Position numbers and translations under genes: made by a program. From Felis catus (Eukaryota): a stretch of 64,000 nucleotides of DNA. This document shows positions 26,394 through 46,583 of the stretch, in pieces. Below the pieces are notes generated by a model. That model ran no database searches and was not told the origin of the DNA. It saw nothing but the letters and a program-made list of their open reading frames with translations. How positions within the stretch are numbered: the first letter of the stretch is position 1; each line of letters begins with the position of its first letter. The stretch is taken from assembly GCF_018350175.1 (NCBI RefSeq), contig NC_058383.1:4838001-4902000 (forward strand), read 5' to 3'.

Positions 26394-27399
26394 GGGGAGA
26401 AAAGCAGGCCTGGTTGATAACAGGAGGGCAGCGGCCTCATTGGGGCCAGGAACGTGGGGCTGCGGGTGGACTGGGCAGCATGGTCTGAACCGAGTACCAG
26501 GTCTGACCATGCAGTCCTGCAGGGGCCTCCCTGTGACCGGCTGCAGGAGCCCCTAGGCAGGACCACATAAGATGTTCCTTCCTCCCAGTGACTGACCCAG
26601 ACCTACAGGCCAGGGGGTTTCTGCCTCTGCAGTGCCAGTCTCTCTGGGTAGTGGCCACCTCGTGGTGAGGAGACGGCTTTCTGTTGATGTCCCCCAAGGA
26701 GCCCTCAAGATGTCCTGTGTCTGTGTTTCCTGAGGGCGAGCAGGACTTGATCAGCCAGAAATGACCATGCGGTGGATTCTCTGGGGTCAGTTCCTGCTCT
26801 GACTCCCAGGGAGTAGCAGGCCCAGAGCCAGAGAAGGGTCCAGACCCCCTTTCTTGTTAACTCCCACTTCTCCCCTTAGCTGTTCCTCCGATTCTCTCCC
26901 AACAGGAGGCCGGCTGGCCTCCTGAGCCTCACTTGGGAGTCGCCCCAGCCTGGCCGCCCCTCCTCACTTGCCCTCACTCACCAGATCTCAGGTACTCTCC
27001 TTCCTCTGTGTTTTTAGAACCTAGCCACTTACCCCACCCCACACCCTTCCCTGTTCCCCTCCCAGCCTCACCCAGTCCCCTGGTGCACCAAAACCTCTGG
27101 GGTCCCTCCGCCTCTCCTTAAATCCTGAGACAGACCCTCCCCTGGCTCCTCGGGGTTCTCAGTGTTCAGTCTCAGACGCTGACAATGGCGTTCAAGGTCT
27201 CCCTCTCTAGCCTCTTGATTAGCGCTTCTCTCCTGGGTAGGTGAGAAGGGCTTCCCCGCGCTGACCCACTCCTTGAAGCCTAACGCTAAGACCACCCTTT
27301 CCGGAAAGACTTCCCGTGCTCTGCAAAAGAAAGTCGGAGCTTCTCCCGAACTGTGGGGTTCAGTCTCGCCGCAGCCAGGTGCAGGGGGCCTGGGCGCCA

Positions 27400-27910
27400 G
27401 GGCCCGAGGGGCTGGAGGCGAGGCACCTGGGGAGGGACTGAAGAAGCCGGCCGAGAAGAAGCAGCGTTGACAGCCCCGAACCTCCCCCCAGATCCCCCGG
27501 AGCTAGCGGAAGGGTCCCCCGTGGGGGCGGGGCGGGGCGGGGCCACCCGAGAAGGGGCGGGAGCGGGGCCGCGGGCCCGGGCGGCTCGGGAGGGGCCGAG
27601 TGCGCTCGCCCGGCAGAGGCTCGTGGAGTCGCGGCGCCCTCGCTCCGCTCGCGGGCTCGGCCACCCCTACCTGTCGGCACCTGCCGCGCCGCCGCCGCCG
27701 CCGGCTCCAGATGGGGAAGGACCAGGGCTTCTCTCGGCACTTTCGGTAGTTTCCCCCCCGCGCCCCGCGCCCCCGGGAACTGTGCGCCCTGGGCGCGGCG
27801 CACCCCCCTCGGGCGGCCTGAGAAGGGGTGGGGCTGGGGCACTGAGGTGGACACCCACCCGGCACACGGGGGCGAGTTCCCCGCGTTGGGTGCCTGGAAC
27901 CTGCCTGCGC
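27400..27910. promoter_or_regulatory. Intronic CpG island with GC boxes (promoter-like)
   Basis: Very dense CpG, GGGGCGGGGCGGGGCGGGG near 27524-27542, (GCC)n near 27688-27702; contains no GRID2IP coding exon. Confidence 0.75.
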
Positions 27911-30149
27911 CTCTAGGGGTCGGGATGGGGGTGGGGGGAAACCAAGGGCTGAGACTGAAAAGCCCTCTCTCCTTCCTACGATTGGGCAGATGGAGAGAAC
28001 TGGCCGGAGAGCCATGTCAGGGAATGTGGTGGAGAGAGAGGACCCTAGGGCAACCCCTAGGAGGAACCTGGAGATGGATTTACACCTGACCCCCCAGGCA
28101 GAGAGAACAGAACTGACTGACTGAAGTTGTGTAGCCAGGGAAGAGTCCTGTGGTCTCAGAGAAGCCCGTTGGCATAGCAGGGATCTGAGAGTCCTGGGGC
28201 AGCCATACCCGCAGAGTCAGAGGGGCAGTGGTCCATGAGGCCCCAATGAGCCTGGCTGTCCTGGGTTAGTGGATTCAGAACAGACCCGGGGCTGGGGTAC
28301 CTGGCCAGACTGAGCCTCATGGAGGCCGACACAGCCAGGAAGGGCATCGGGTTCACAAGGCAGCCTTGGCCTCTGGCTTGGCCCTGAGGACACCAAGCAG
28401 GGAAGAGGCCACCAATCTTTTCCCACCTGTGCAGTTGGTGACTCACTGTGGTTACCACCCCGGGGGGCGCAAGGCCTTTTCTAATTGCTGCTGGAGGGTG
28501 GAGCTGGGTGGTCATCTGGCCCATGCCCAGGTTCGACCTAGGGGCTGGGGGAGCGGGGCCGATGCCTTCTGGAGCCTGGGGCTGGAGCCCCAAGTGGGAG
28601 GTGGGCAGCTTCCCACTTGTCATCCCTCTGCTTGAGCTTGAGACATGTGGTGGGTCTGGGAGGGTGTGGGGAATGTGCAGGCCAGGCAGATGGAAGTGTC
28701 AGGCTCCGGAGACCTTGAGTGACCATCTGGGGAATGAGGCCGAGGCTCTATATTTTCGGGAATCGCTGTGGATGAGCAAGGACAGCATCAGACCAGGATG
28801 CTCCTGGAAGAGTTGAGTAGGCCTTTCATCTTGGCCTCCTGGCCGCCTGAAACATTCAGAGGTGGGGGGGGGGGGCGGGCAGCCCTGATGCCCCCTCCTC
28901 CTGGAGGATCCACATCCCTTCCTTCCTATCGGCCAGCTTATTCTGCTTGCCTGGTCTTCTTAATCCTACCCATAGAGGTTGGGGGAAACAGGGTGGGGGC
29001 CACTGGACAACCTCAGAGGGATTATATTTCAGCTGGCTGCAAAGCCACTGTTCCCTTCTTCCTCCCTCCTCCCCACCATGCCCTTGGCACTGGCTCCTGG
29101 TACAAAGAACATGGAAGGGAGCCTTGGGATGCAGCCAGGGAGGCCTCACTAGCAACCAGAACTTCGGAGTCCCTCGGCAGAGTCCTGCCACAGAGCTGAG
29201 GCTCAGAGGCCAGCCTTGGGTCCAAGCTGTGCCGGGGGCCAGCTGTGTAAGCCTGGAAAGTTACAGATCTTCTCTGAGCCTCCAGATCCTGTGCTATGGA
29301 CAGAGGAGTCCACCAGGGTGCTAACTGCTGCCATTACTCGGAGGTGTGGTTGGGCTGCTGGTGGACCCCTGTTTACTGAATCACTGGGTCCCTCCCCTGT
29401 GCCAAACCCTGACTGGTCACTGTGGCCCTCAGCCAAGCGACAGACCTAGCCCTCAGAGAGCTTCCAGCTTTGCAGAAGACATCCACAGCTACCAAGGAAA
29501 TCAGCCCAGGGTGTGGGTCCCACACGGGGAGGCCATCCAAGCCTCCCCACTGCCTCTCACCACTTCCAGGTGGCTTCTCTGGGGGCAGGGACCACGGTGC
29601 CGTCAGCTCTGAACCCGAGTGCCCGGCTGGCACAGGTAGCAGGGTCTTACTGTATGTCACATGTTGGATTAAACTGAAGGAAGGCCAGCGTTGGGTGCTG
29701 AGGGTCGAGCCCACTGTAGCTGGGAAACAGAGGGTAGCAGGCAGGGGCAACGGCCTGGGCAAAAGTGTAAAAGGTAGAACTGGATGTGGCAGTCCTGGCA
29801 AGTTCTGAGGAGGCAGCTGTAGAAAGGGCTGGCCAGAGAAGCGAGCAGGAGGACGGGGAGTGTAAGGAGGGTCTGGGGAGAGTCTGACCCCGGGGCCGAT
29901 TGTGGCTTCAGTTTTCTCCTGCGGAGTTGCCTGGAATCAGGTAAGAAGAAGATGAGTGGTGGTGGGGGGGGGGGGGGGGGAGGTCCCGGGCTGGGGTTTG
30001 GCCTGGCAGGTGCAAGGGCATGAAACGAGGGAGTTAGGGAAGAGGTCAGAAACGGGAAGACACAGGCAGGAAAGGGAACAGGACCGTGGACGCGCTCTGG
30101 GGGCGCTCAGGTCCCTCAAGGCCAGAGTAGCGGGGACAGTCCCAATGTG

Positions 30150-30980
<831 letters not shown>

Positions 30981-32596
30981 TAGGCGGGTTGTCCTGGATG
31001 GAGTGAAGGACCCTGTTAGGCCGATACTCAGTAACCCGCCCCCTCGCTTCCACCCCCCAGGTTCAAATCTCAGGTAGCCCGTGCCCTCTAAGTATCCTAG
31101 ATACATCCGTCTGAGTTGGGGCAAACGCCCTCCAAGTTCAGGGTCACCTTTGAGCCAAGTGACCGGAGTTCTCCACCAGACCTTCCCTGCATCCACGTGG
31201 GGGGCTGAGGGTGCGGTCCCAGACACTGGGGGAGCCAGGACACACACCTGATGCCTGCCCAGGCCACACCCCAACACCATGCGTGCTCTGTGCTGAGTGC
31301 CCACTGTGAACTTGGCACTTGCTGGGCGGGTCAGACTCAGAGAGGCATCAGGCCCTCAGGGCCTCTGCCCACTATTCAGTCCCTTCCTCCCAATCTGGAC
31401 TCTCCTCCCACCCCCACCCTGCCTCCCTTTTTTTTTTTTTTGGTGGTGGTGGTGGGGTGCTCCTGGAATGGTGGCATCTTGAAAAAGGCAGAGCCTTAGT
31501 GCAGGAATTTTCCCTTTTCCCCCTCTGGGGGGGGGTGGGGGAAGGGGTCTTCCATTGTGAAAGGTCTCTGCGGGGCAGAAATGTCTCCTGACACTAAACT
31601 GAACTTTCCCTCCTGGTAACCACCTCCCAGGGTTGGGTCACCTGCATCCATAACCTCCCAGCACCTGAGCACACTGCTCCTGGTGACACATCCCCACTGG
31701 TGGACCCGCTGATGCTGAGTCCTGTCTACCCTTCCTCATCTCACACCTCCAATGCATGGATTTGTGGGATGGACATCTTCTGATCCCCAGGAAAGTGCCT
31801 TAGTGCCTTAGCATCTCCCGCCACGGGGATCTCAGATGACTGACGCGTTCCAGTTCTTCTCGGATCTGTGCACTACTAAGCTGTTGACACAGTGTTGTAG
31901 GGAAGAGGCCCAAGGGCTGGTGCTCTAGAAAAGAGTAATCTGTCCTCTTTGTCTCTTCCAACTGAGCCACCACCTTCCTGCTCCACCCACGTGGTCCAGC
32001 CGGAGATCCTTTGCCTAGGGCCATGTTAAAATCTAGATGTGCTGTTCTCTCCAACCCAGTGTCCAGGCTTCCCCCTTGTCTTCCTTGTCATAGGAAGCGA
32101 AACCAATGCTTCAGTAAGAGCTTTTACAGAAGGGGAAACTGAGGCCTTTAGAGGCTCTGACAAAGCAAGGACCCGAACCTGAGGTCTCCTGACTCCCGTT
32201 CCAGTGATCTTGAATTCCCCGGCCACAACCCCACTGGCCCTCTTACCCTAGGCTGGCCCAAGCTTCCAGACGGGCCAGATTGGATTCACCACCACCATCG
32301 CCCTCTCCTCTCCCCTTTTCAGCCCCAGGGAAAGGACTCTGCTTCCCTAGCAAGTCTTTCCTGAGCAGCCTTCTCCCCTGCCCCCTCTGCCCCGACAGTC
32401 CCCACAGCCTCATGAGAGTACGTTTTCTTTAGGCATCTGTCCCTTCCCCCACTTGCTTCCAAATCAAATTTAGAGCAGCACCTGATAAAAGAGGCAGAAA
32501 GGAAAAAAAACCTGCATCCGCAGGAGCAAAGTTACCAGCCCCTCCCCAGGTGGTGGGTACTGGGTTTGGTCTGACCTTCAGGGCCATCAAAGCCGA

Positions 32597-33135
32597 GTGA
32601 GAGTCCACTGCTATCTTGGGTTTAAAATGCAGGTTTTATTATTTTCCTGGTGCAGCGAGGCCAACAGATCAGGAGATAATCACCATTGGAAAAAAGAGCG
32701 TGTCCTTCACAGTTCCCAAGAGGAAGGGACATGCCATATCATGCAGGGCCACACCACCACACAGGGCCACATGGGAAAGGGAAGGATCGAGCCAAGCAGG
32801 TTAAGCAAGCTAAGCAGGTATAGGATGAGTTTGAATGCTTTCAGCAGGCTCTGGGACATAGGAGTTGTCCCCTTTTGGGAGGTGCCTGGCCCTGGGTGAT
32901 TAGGGCAGGGCAACAGTGGCCCAGGGTGTGAGAGCCCCGTAGACAAGGAGGTTGGTTGGTTGTAGGCTCTGGATCCGTTGTGCACAAGAGACACTTTTCC
33001 GAGCCAGTCATTTACCACATAGGAGTTGGCTAGCCCTGGGAGGGCAGTGCTTCCCAGGTCACCGTTGCCCCCAAGATGCCAAAGCATCAGGAAGCACAGA
33101 AACAAACAAGCATGATTAATACACCATGTTTCACA
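32597..33135. mobile_element. Probable ERVL-class solo LTR (MER54/MER74-like)
   Basis: Recognised text gggccacatgggaa...cctggccctgggtgattagggcaggg...gctagccctgggagggcagt...aaagcatcag...ttaataca; exact family uncertain. Confidence 0.5.
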
Positions 33136-33530
33136 GCCTGAGGGAGATGCATGCGTCCCTCTCGGCAGACGCACTTTCTCCTGATGACAAAGGCACAGAG
33201 GAATCTGCCACGTGAACTGTTACGTGAGGGGCAGAGACCGGTGTATGGACCCGGGCTCTCAGCAGGTGCACAGATGCTGCAGAAATACCGCTCCCAAGAC
33301 CTTCCTTGTTTCTGCACTGCTTCAACAGCTCAGGGCTGACAGGTGGTCCACACTGTGCCCCAAACCCTCCCATGCCCACCCAGGGGCTCACTCCCTGCTC
33401 AGAGCAGCTGAGAGCAGAGGAGTACTGGGTCTAATGTGGGATCTGCTGGCCTGAATTTGACTGTCCTTTGCCACTTTTCCCGTTTTGCTCCTGTGAAATG
33501 GGCTCGCAGAGCGCGGCCCTGCCCAGCTGA

Positions 33531-33659
<129 letters not shown>

Positions 33660-33885
33660 TGACACATCATCCTCCAAGACTCCTGACTCTTGGGACACCC
33701 AGGCCGTGGTCCCAATCTCCTATGACCACTTGGTCCCCACAGTCTGCCCCTCTTCCTGTGGGAACCCTTGAATCTGTCCCCCTACACTAGCCAGGATGTC
33801 ATTGATCCTTCCAACCAGAAAACACCCCAGCTCCATGCAAGGGACACAGTTAAATGGACCATGAGTGTCTTGCCCTTGAGGATAG

Positions 33886-34962
<1,077 letters not shown>

Positions 34963-36519
34963 TAGCCTCTGCAAGGCGAAGCGACAACCACCAGCTGCAC
35001 TGGTCATGGACCGCTCACAAGACTTTGGCCTGTGGGCGCTCGCCACCAGCCGGCCGGCCGTCATGGGGCAGGGGGGAGCGGGTGCTTAGGTCGGTGTCTT
35101 CCTTTTTGTAACTTCAGTCCATAGGGTCATTGTCACGGCCCGTGCAAACCCCTCACCTGTCCGTGCCCTTTTCTTTTTTTTTTTTTTTTTTTGTTTTAAA
35201 CAGCGTTGTTGAGATGTAACTCACACACCACCACAATGTACTCACTTAAGGGTACGAGGCACTGATTTTTAATGCACACATCGGTGCATCCGTGACCACA
35301 CTCAGTTTGAGAACGTTTTCATCACCTCAGAAAGAAACCCCACACCTCTTCACTGTCACCCCCTCCTCCTCTGCCCTCCCCCCACCCCTTAAACAACCAC
35401 GAATCTGCTTCAGTGTCTCTGTGGCTTTCCCTGTTCCGGACTCCCGCATGAATAGGAGCCCACAGGATGTGGGCTTTCACGTCTGGCTTCTTTCGCCCAG
35501 CGTCGTGTTTTCCAAGTCCATCCAAGCTACGGTATCTATTTCCTTCCTTCTTTGTAGCCAAATAACATTCCATTTTGTGGATAGACCACATGTCGTCTAT
35601 CTGGATGCTGGGCTTGTCTCCACCTTTCATTGCCTTTTAGCTCCACTCCCTCTCCCACATCCCTCCCCTGCCAAGGCACCAGTCTGATGAATTTAACGGG
35701 CATCCTTTTGTCTGATGTGTTCCTCAAGTGTAGGCATTGCTGTTTCATATGATGTATTTTTTTTAAAGTTTTATTTAAGTAATCTCTACACCCAACGTGG
35801 GGCTCTAACTCATGACCCCAAGATCAAGAGTCACATGCTCTTCTGACTGAGCCAGCCAGGCGCCCCACGTATGATGTATCTTTTTGTTCCGCATCATGAT
35901 TGTGCTATTCTTTGCACATTCCGTGTGTGACTTTCTTCCACCAAGTGCTCTGTGTTTAGATCTGTCCATGTTGTTCTGCGGACATGGAATACATTGTTTA
36001 TAACTGCAGCCAGATTCTTGTAGATCACCTCCCCCGCCAGCCGTGTCTGAGGTATTTACCTGCCAGTGACAGACCCCGCCTTGCCACCACTGTGTTCCAT
36101 CACAGGAGCATTGGTGAACACCGTCCTGCACATTTCCCCCACGGAGCTGTGCACAGTTCGTTTGAAATTTATGTCTCAGAGCAGAATTGCTGGCTCTTAA
36201 GGTATTTGCTTACCTAACTTTTTAAAAATTATTTATTTATTTTGAGAGGGAGAGTGGGAGAGGGACAGAGAGAGAGGGAGAGAGAGAGAATCTTCAGCAG
36301 GCTCTACTCCCAGTGCAAAGCCCAATGTGGGGCTCGATCCCACAATCCTGGGATCATGACCTGAGCTGAAATCAAGAGTCGGATGCTGAACTGACTGAGC
36401 CATCCAGGCGCCCCTTGTGTACCTAGTTTGACTAAGTAATACCAAATATTTTCCCAGAGCACCGCTGTCACTCATACCTGCAGTCTTTCAGCCAGAAAGT
36501 GACATCTTTTTTTTTTGAG

Positions 36520-36741
36520 TTTTTTTTTTAATTTTTTTAACGTTTATTTATTTTTGAGACAGAGAGAGACAGAGCATGAATGGGGGAGGGTCAGAGAGAG
36601 AGGGAGACACAGAATCCGAAACAGGCTCCAGGCTCTGAGCAGTCAGCACAGAGCCTGACGCGGGGCTTGAACTCACGGACGGCGAGATCACGACCTGAGC
36701 CGAAGTCGGACGCTTAACCGACGGAGCCACCCAGGCGCCCC
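36520..36741 (-). mobile_element. Can-SINE
   Basis: T tract, (GA)n, ...gagccacccaggcgcccc. Confidence 0.9.
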
Positions 36742-36769
36742 TATTTTGAGTTTTTAAATTACTATTTTA

Positions 36770-36984
36770 GGGGCGCCTGGGTGGCTCCGTCGGCTCAGCG
36801 TCCGACTCCCGATTTCAGCTCAGGTCATGATCTCATGAGTTTGAGCCCCGCGTCGGCCCCTGTGCTGACAGCTCAGAGCCTGGAGCCTGTTTCTGATTCT
36901 GTGTCTCCCTCTCTGCTTCTCCTCTGCTCGCACTCTGTCTCTTAAAAATGAATAAACATTTTTTAAAAATAAAAATAAAAAAAA
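36770..36984 (+). mobile_element. Can-SINE
   Basis: ggggcgcctgggtggctc...(CT)n...A tail. Confidence 0.9.
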
Positions 36985-37272
36985 CCAGCCGTAGACAATA
37001 TATAAAAAAAGAGTCATGGCTGTGTTCCAATAAAACTTCCTTTACAGACACGGAAGGGGGTCCAGAATTTGGCCTGCGGGCCATCATTTGCCAATCCCTG
37101 ATGTAGTGAGTCAGCCTCCCCAGTACGCTCTATGTGTTTTCATCTTCACAGTGACTCTATGAGATAGATGCTATTTCTATCCCCGTTTTACAGATAAGGA
37201 AACTGAGGCACCGAGAAATTAAGTAACTTGAGAAAGGTCACTTGGCTGGTAAGTGGCAGAGCCAGGATTTGA

Positions 37273-37986
<714 letters not shown>

Positions 37987-38604
37987 CCAGCTTCACCCTT
38001 AAGTAACATCTGCAGTCTTATCTCAGACTTTAGACACCCTGCCTGTCCGCCCGGAAGCCCAGGCTTCTCACCCACAACATGGGAGTGACCTCAGTGGCCG
38101 TGCATTGCACCTCAAGAAATGTGGCACAGACCAGGAAATTCGTGTGGTTGCTGTTTACAGGGCTGGATAGTGAGCACACAGTCAGGTCACACCTGGCTGG
38201 TGCGCCTCGATGCACACGGACACACACTAGGGCCTGCCGGATGATGTGTGGCCTCAGCTTCCCACAGCTGCCCATCTCTTACAGTGTTCCCCATGTGGCC
38301 ATAAAGCCGCACCCATCATTTAAGCCAAACCCTGTGCCCATGCTCTACATACTCTGCACCTGCTAGGTCACAGCCTGCAGACCTGTGTGCTGGCCCTTGT
38401 GTGCCTACCATCCGTAGTCCTGGGGACCCACAATTTGCTGGGAGAGGCTCGAGGGTTTTAGCAAGAGGCTCGGAGCATAGGCTGAGCAGTAGGTGTACAA
38501 TCTCTCTCCACTTGCCAAGCAGAGCCTGGGGTCACAGATCCTGGGGTCACAGATCGGTGCACACAGCTGCTGCCTTCACCCCTCCTGGGAGGCCCCTGGG
38601 CTGA

Positions 38605-38904
<300 letters not shown>

Positions 38905-38941
38905 TGAGCCATGGCTCTCGGGGGTCTGCAGGGCTTGCTAG

Positions 38942-39196
<255 letters not shown>

Positions 39197-39326
39197 TAGG
39201 TAGCTCCTGGGGCTGGGGCAGATCCCTGCCTCCCAGACCACCCAGGCCTGGCCTCTGAGGCCATGTGAGGGCCTCACATGGGAGGGGAGGGTGGGTTGGA
39301 CTCACCCTGGCCTCCTCTCCCCAAAG

Positions 39327-39444
39327 ATGTCAGCCGTCTATGCGGAGCTCGAGTCCCGACTGAGCAGCAGTTTCAAAGGGAAGGTGGGGACCACGTCCAG
39401 ATCCCGTGCCTCCCCGCCAGTGCCCAGCCCGGCAGGTGCAGCAG
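39327..39444 (+). CDS. GRID2IP: Delphilin exon 11
   Basis: ctccccaaag|ATG TCA; MSAVYAELESRLSSSFKGKVGTTSRSRASPPVPSPAGAA; donor G|GTAGGG, phase 1. Confidence 0.92.
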
Positions 39445-40156
39445 GTAGGGGCTCAGCCGGCTGGGGTTCCTGAGGGCAGCACTAGCTTCTGTCCACTGGG
39501 CTGTCTGTCTGGGTCTGTCTGGGTGTTTTCCCCATCTAAGGCACATCCTTCGAGCCTCCCCTTTGTTCCATGACTGAGTTGTGGGGAACCTCAGTGGCCT
39601 CCGTGGCAAAGGTCCATCAAGGTTAGGGTTGTCGCAGGTCTTCCCAGGTCCCCTCCAATCCTTACCCCTCCTATAGATTTAGAAGAGCCCAGGTCTTTCC
39701 CCTAAGGAGCCCTGAGTTAGCATGTGGCTGTTGGATAAACTATTAAGTGCATGCATTGCTCTGTGAGTGGCCCAACTGAGAAGCTAGTTTCTCTGCAGTT
39801 CAGAAGGCAGGACGCCGGGGCAGTGTTCCTGTCAGCCAAGGGCCTGTCGGGTGCGGGAGGTGCCTCATGATCCTTGGTCTCGGGCCCGGAGAAGGCCCAT
39901 CTCCCCTTTGAATTGTGTTCGGTTAGTCCTAGGTGGGACCAAGATGAGCTGGGGTCTGGCCTGTCCTGAGGCTAAGTACTGTTCCCCCTCACCTACTCTG
40001 ACCTTTGATTTCCCTTAGGGAAGGGCCTGGGGAGGCAGGGGCATCCAGGGTCTTCTTGTGCTGTGTCCAGAGAGGGAAAGGAAGGTACCCAGGGACACAG
40101 AGCCACCCTGCCCTGGGCCCCTCCCCTCCAGCCTGCACCTGGGACCCAGGTGCTGA

Positions 40157-41359
<1,203 letters not shown>

Positions 41360-41809
41360 TAGGTGGCCTGGGCAGCAGCATTGAAGACAAGCCCCTGTCC
41401 AGTTTGTAGCCCCTGGCATTTCCCGCTTCCGTTTCCCTAGCATCGTGAACCCAGGACAGCTCTGGTGAGCGCATCCCCTGCAAAGAACACCCCCAAGCAA
41501 GGCCAGAGCTCTTGGCCACCTCCTTAAGCCCCCTCGGTTGGCTGTGGCCCCTTTGCAGTCCCTTCATCCGCCTGCCCCAGTGCAGCTTGCTGGCTTCTGC
41601 AGGGGGAGTATTGCAGGTGTATGTATGCAATGGACTTGAGGAGACAGCGGCTCACCGCCTGATAACCTGGACGAGTTCGTGTCTCCCGCAGTCTCCTCTG
41701 GCCCCCACGTGTACCCCAGGGCCTGATGAGGGCTCTCCCTTCAGTAGCTCCCAGGACAGCCCTTAGAGGGTGGGTGGGGTGGGCGGTGGCAGTGCGGTTG
41801 CCAGGATAG

Positions 41810-42058
<249 letters not shown>

Positions 42059-42708
42059 TGAGTTATTTAACTTCGCAGAGCCTCAGTTCTCCTGTCTCAA
42101 AGTGGAGATGACCGTAATAGCTGGCATTTATTGCATGCTTCCCAAATGCCAGACACCCTTGTTTCTAAATCAATCCTGTGATGACCCTATGAGACAGGGA
42201 CTGTGACCACCCTGGCTTCTTGATAAAGAAGCACAGAGAGGCTAGATAATATGCTTAAAGCCACAGAGCCAGAATCAGGTGACCAGGAGGCATCCATATC
42301 TAGGAGACTAGATGTCCCTTCTAGTCTCTCTGTCCCCTCTCCCCTCTCTGGGTATCTCCCTATAGGATTGTTGGGTGGGGTTCCAGGCAGCCAGGGGTAT
42401 CATGTGTGACAGGTGGTTGCAGGATGGAAGACAAAGGCCTTTGTCCATCCAGGAAGCATCTGCAAGGTGAAGAGGTGGTTGGTTCACCTTACTCGGGCAG
42501 CTCAGTCCCAAGGGCCCCGGCGGGGGGAGGGGGAGGGGCGGGGAGGGGAGGGGCACCCACCACGCATGCTGAGTATGTTACGCCTGAGTGGGAGACTGAG
42601 GAATGAAGGAACTGTGGACACCTGGAGCTGATTCAGTCACGGCCCTGTCAAGGGGTGTCTCGCCATTGGGTGTGGCCACACCCCTCCTGGGCCGTCCCAC
42701 CAGCCTAG

Positions 42709-43680
<972 letters not shown>

Positions 43681-43728
43681 CCAGTTTTACACCTTTAATG
43701 GCCAGTTCCCACCCGGGGTTCAAGGTAG

Positions 43729-44124
<396 letters not shown>

Positions 44125-44130
44125 TGATAG

Positions 44131-44301
<171 letters not shown>

Positions 44302-45044
44302 TGAGCTTGCCCTACCGTATGGAGGCTGGGGAGGCCAGACCCAACCCAAGTTGTGGCAGAGGGGAGGAGAGAATGTCATGGCCAAGGAGCGCCCTTCTCC
44401 CAGGAGGAAAAGCTGGCTGCCAGCAGGCCAGAATGTAATTGCAGTAAAGGATGGGTGGGGGACCTTTTCCAAGCCAAGCCTCGGGATCTGGACAAATGGA
44501 GGGTGGGGGGACAGGGAGGGAAGACTCCAAGAGGAAGGAGAGAATCTCACCTGGTAGCTTCTGTGTCCTTAATACCACCACCACTGTCAGGCCGTCCTAC
44601 GCCTGTAAGATCTAGGATCTGAGAAAGGACAGCTTGAATACCTGGTCTTCCCACTGTTTCTGGGACCTTTCCCCATGGTACCTTTGACTGTTTTAAAAGA
44701 GAAGAAGAAAAACTCCATTTGTAGATATGAACGTTTTAGGATGTCTGAAGCCCAGGAGGGCCACATATGGTTCCAGAAAATCACAAGAAGGAAGACATGT
44801 GAATGGTGTCCCGCCACCGTCACCCAGGGGTCAGAAAATCTGGGGTTATATTTGCTGACAAGGCCTCACTGCCAAGGACAGAAAACCTGGTGGCCTTCTC
44901 TAGCCGATGGCTGTGGGCCTGGTTCCTGGGGGGGCTGGAAGGATGTCTCAAAGATCTGGGCCAGGGAACCTCCAAACTCCTGAGGAGGCCTGTGGGCATC
45001 CGAGCAGAGCTTCAGAGGAAGAAATACTGGCAACTTTGGAGTAG

Positions 45045-45365
<321 letters not shown>

Positions 45366-45368
45366 TGA

Positions 45369-46348
<980 letters not shown>

Positions 46349-46478
46349 TGAAGCCCAGATTGGGAAAGGGCCCCCCGCAAATGTGACAGGACCCCCATGG
46401 GGCCAATAGGTCCCTTCCCTGGCTCCCTGGGTGGGGAGATGAGGCAGGGCGGGGAGTCAAGGGTCCCTGGACCACTGA

Positions 46479-46583
<105 letters not shown>

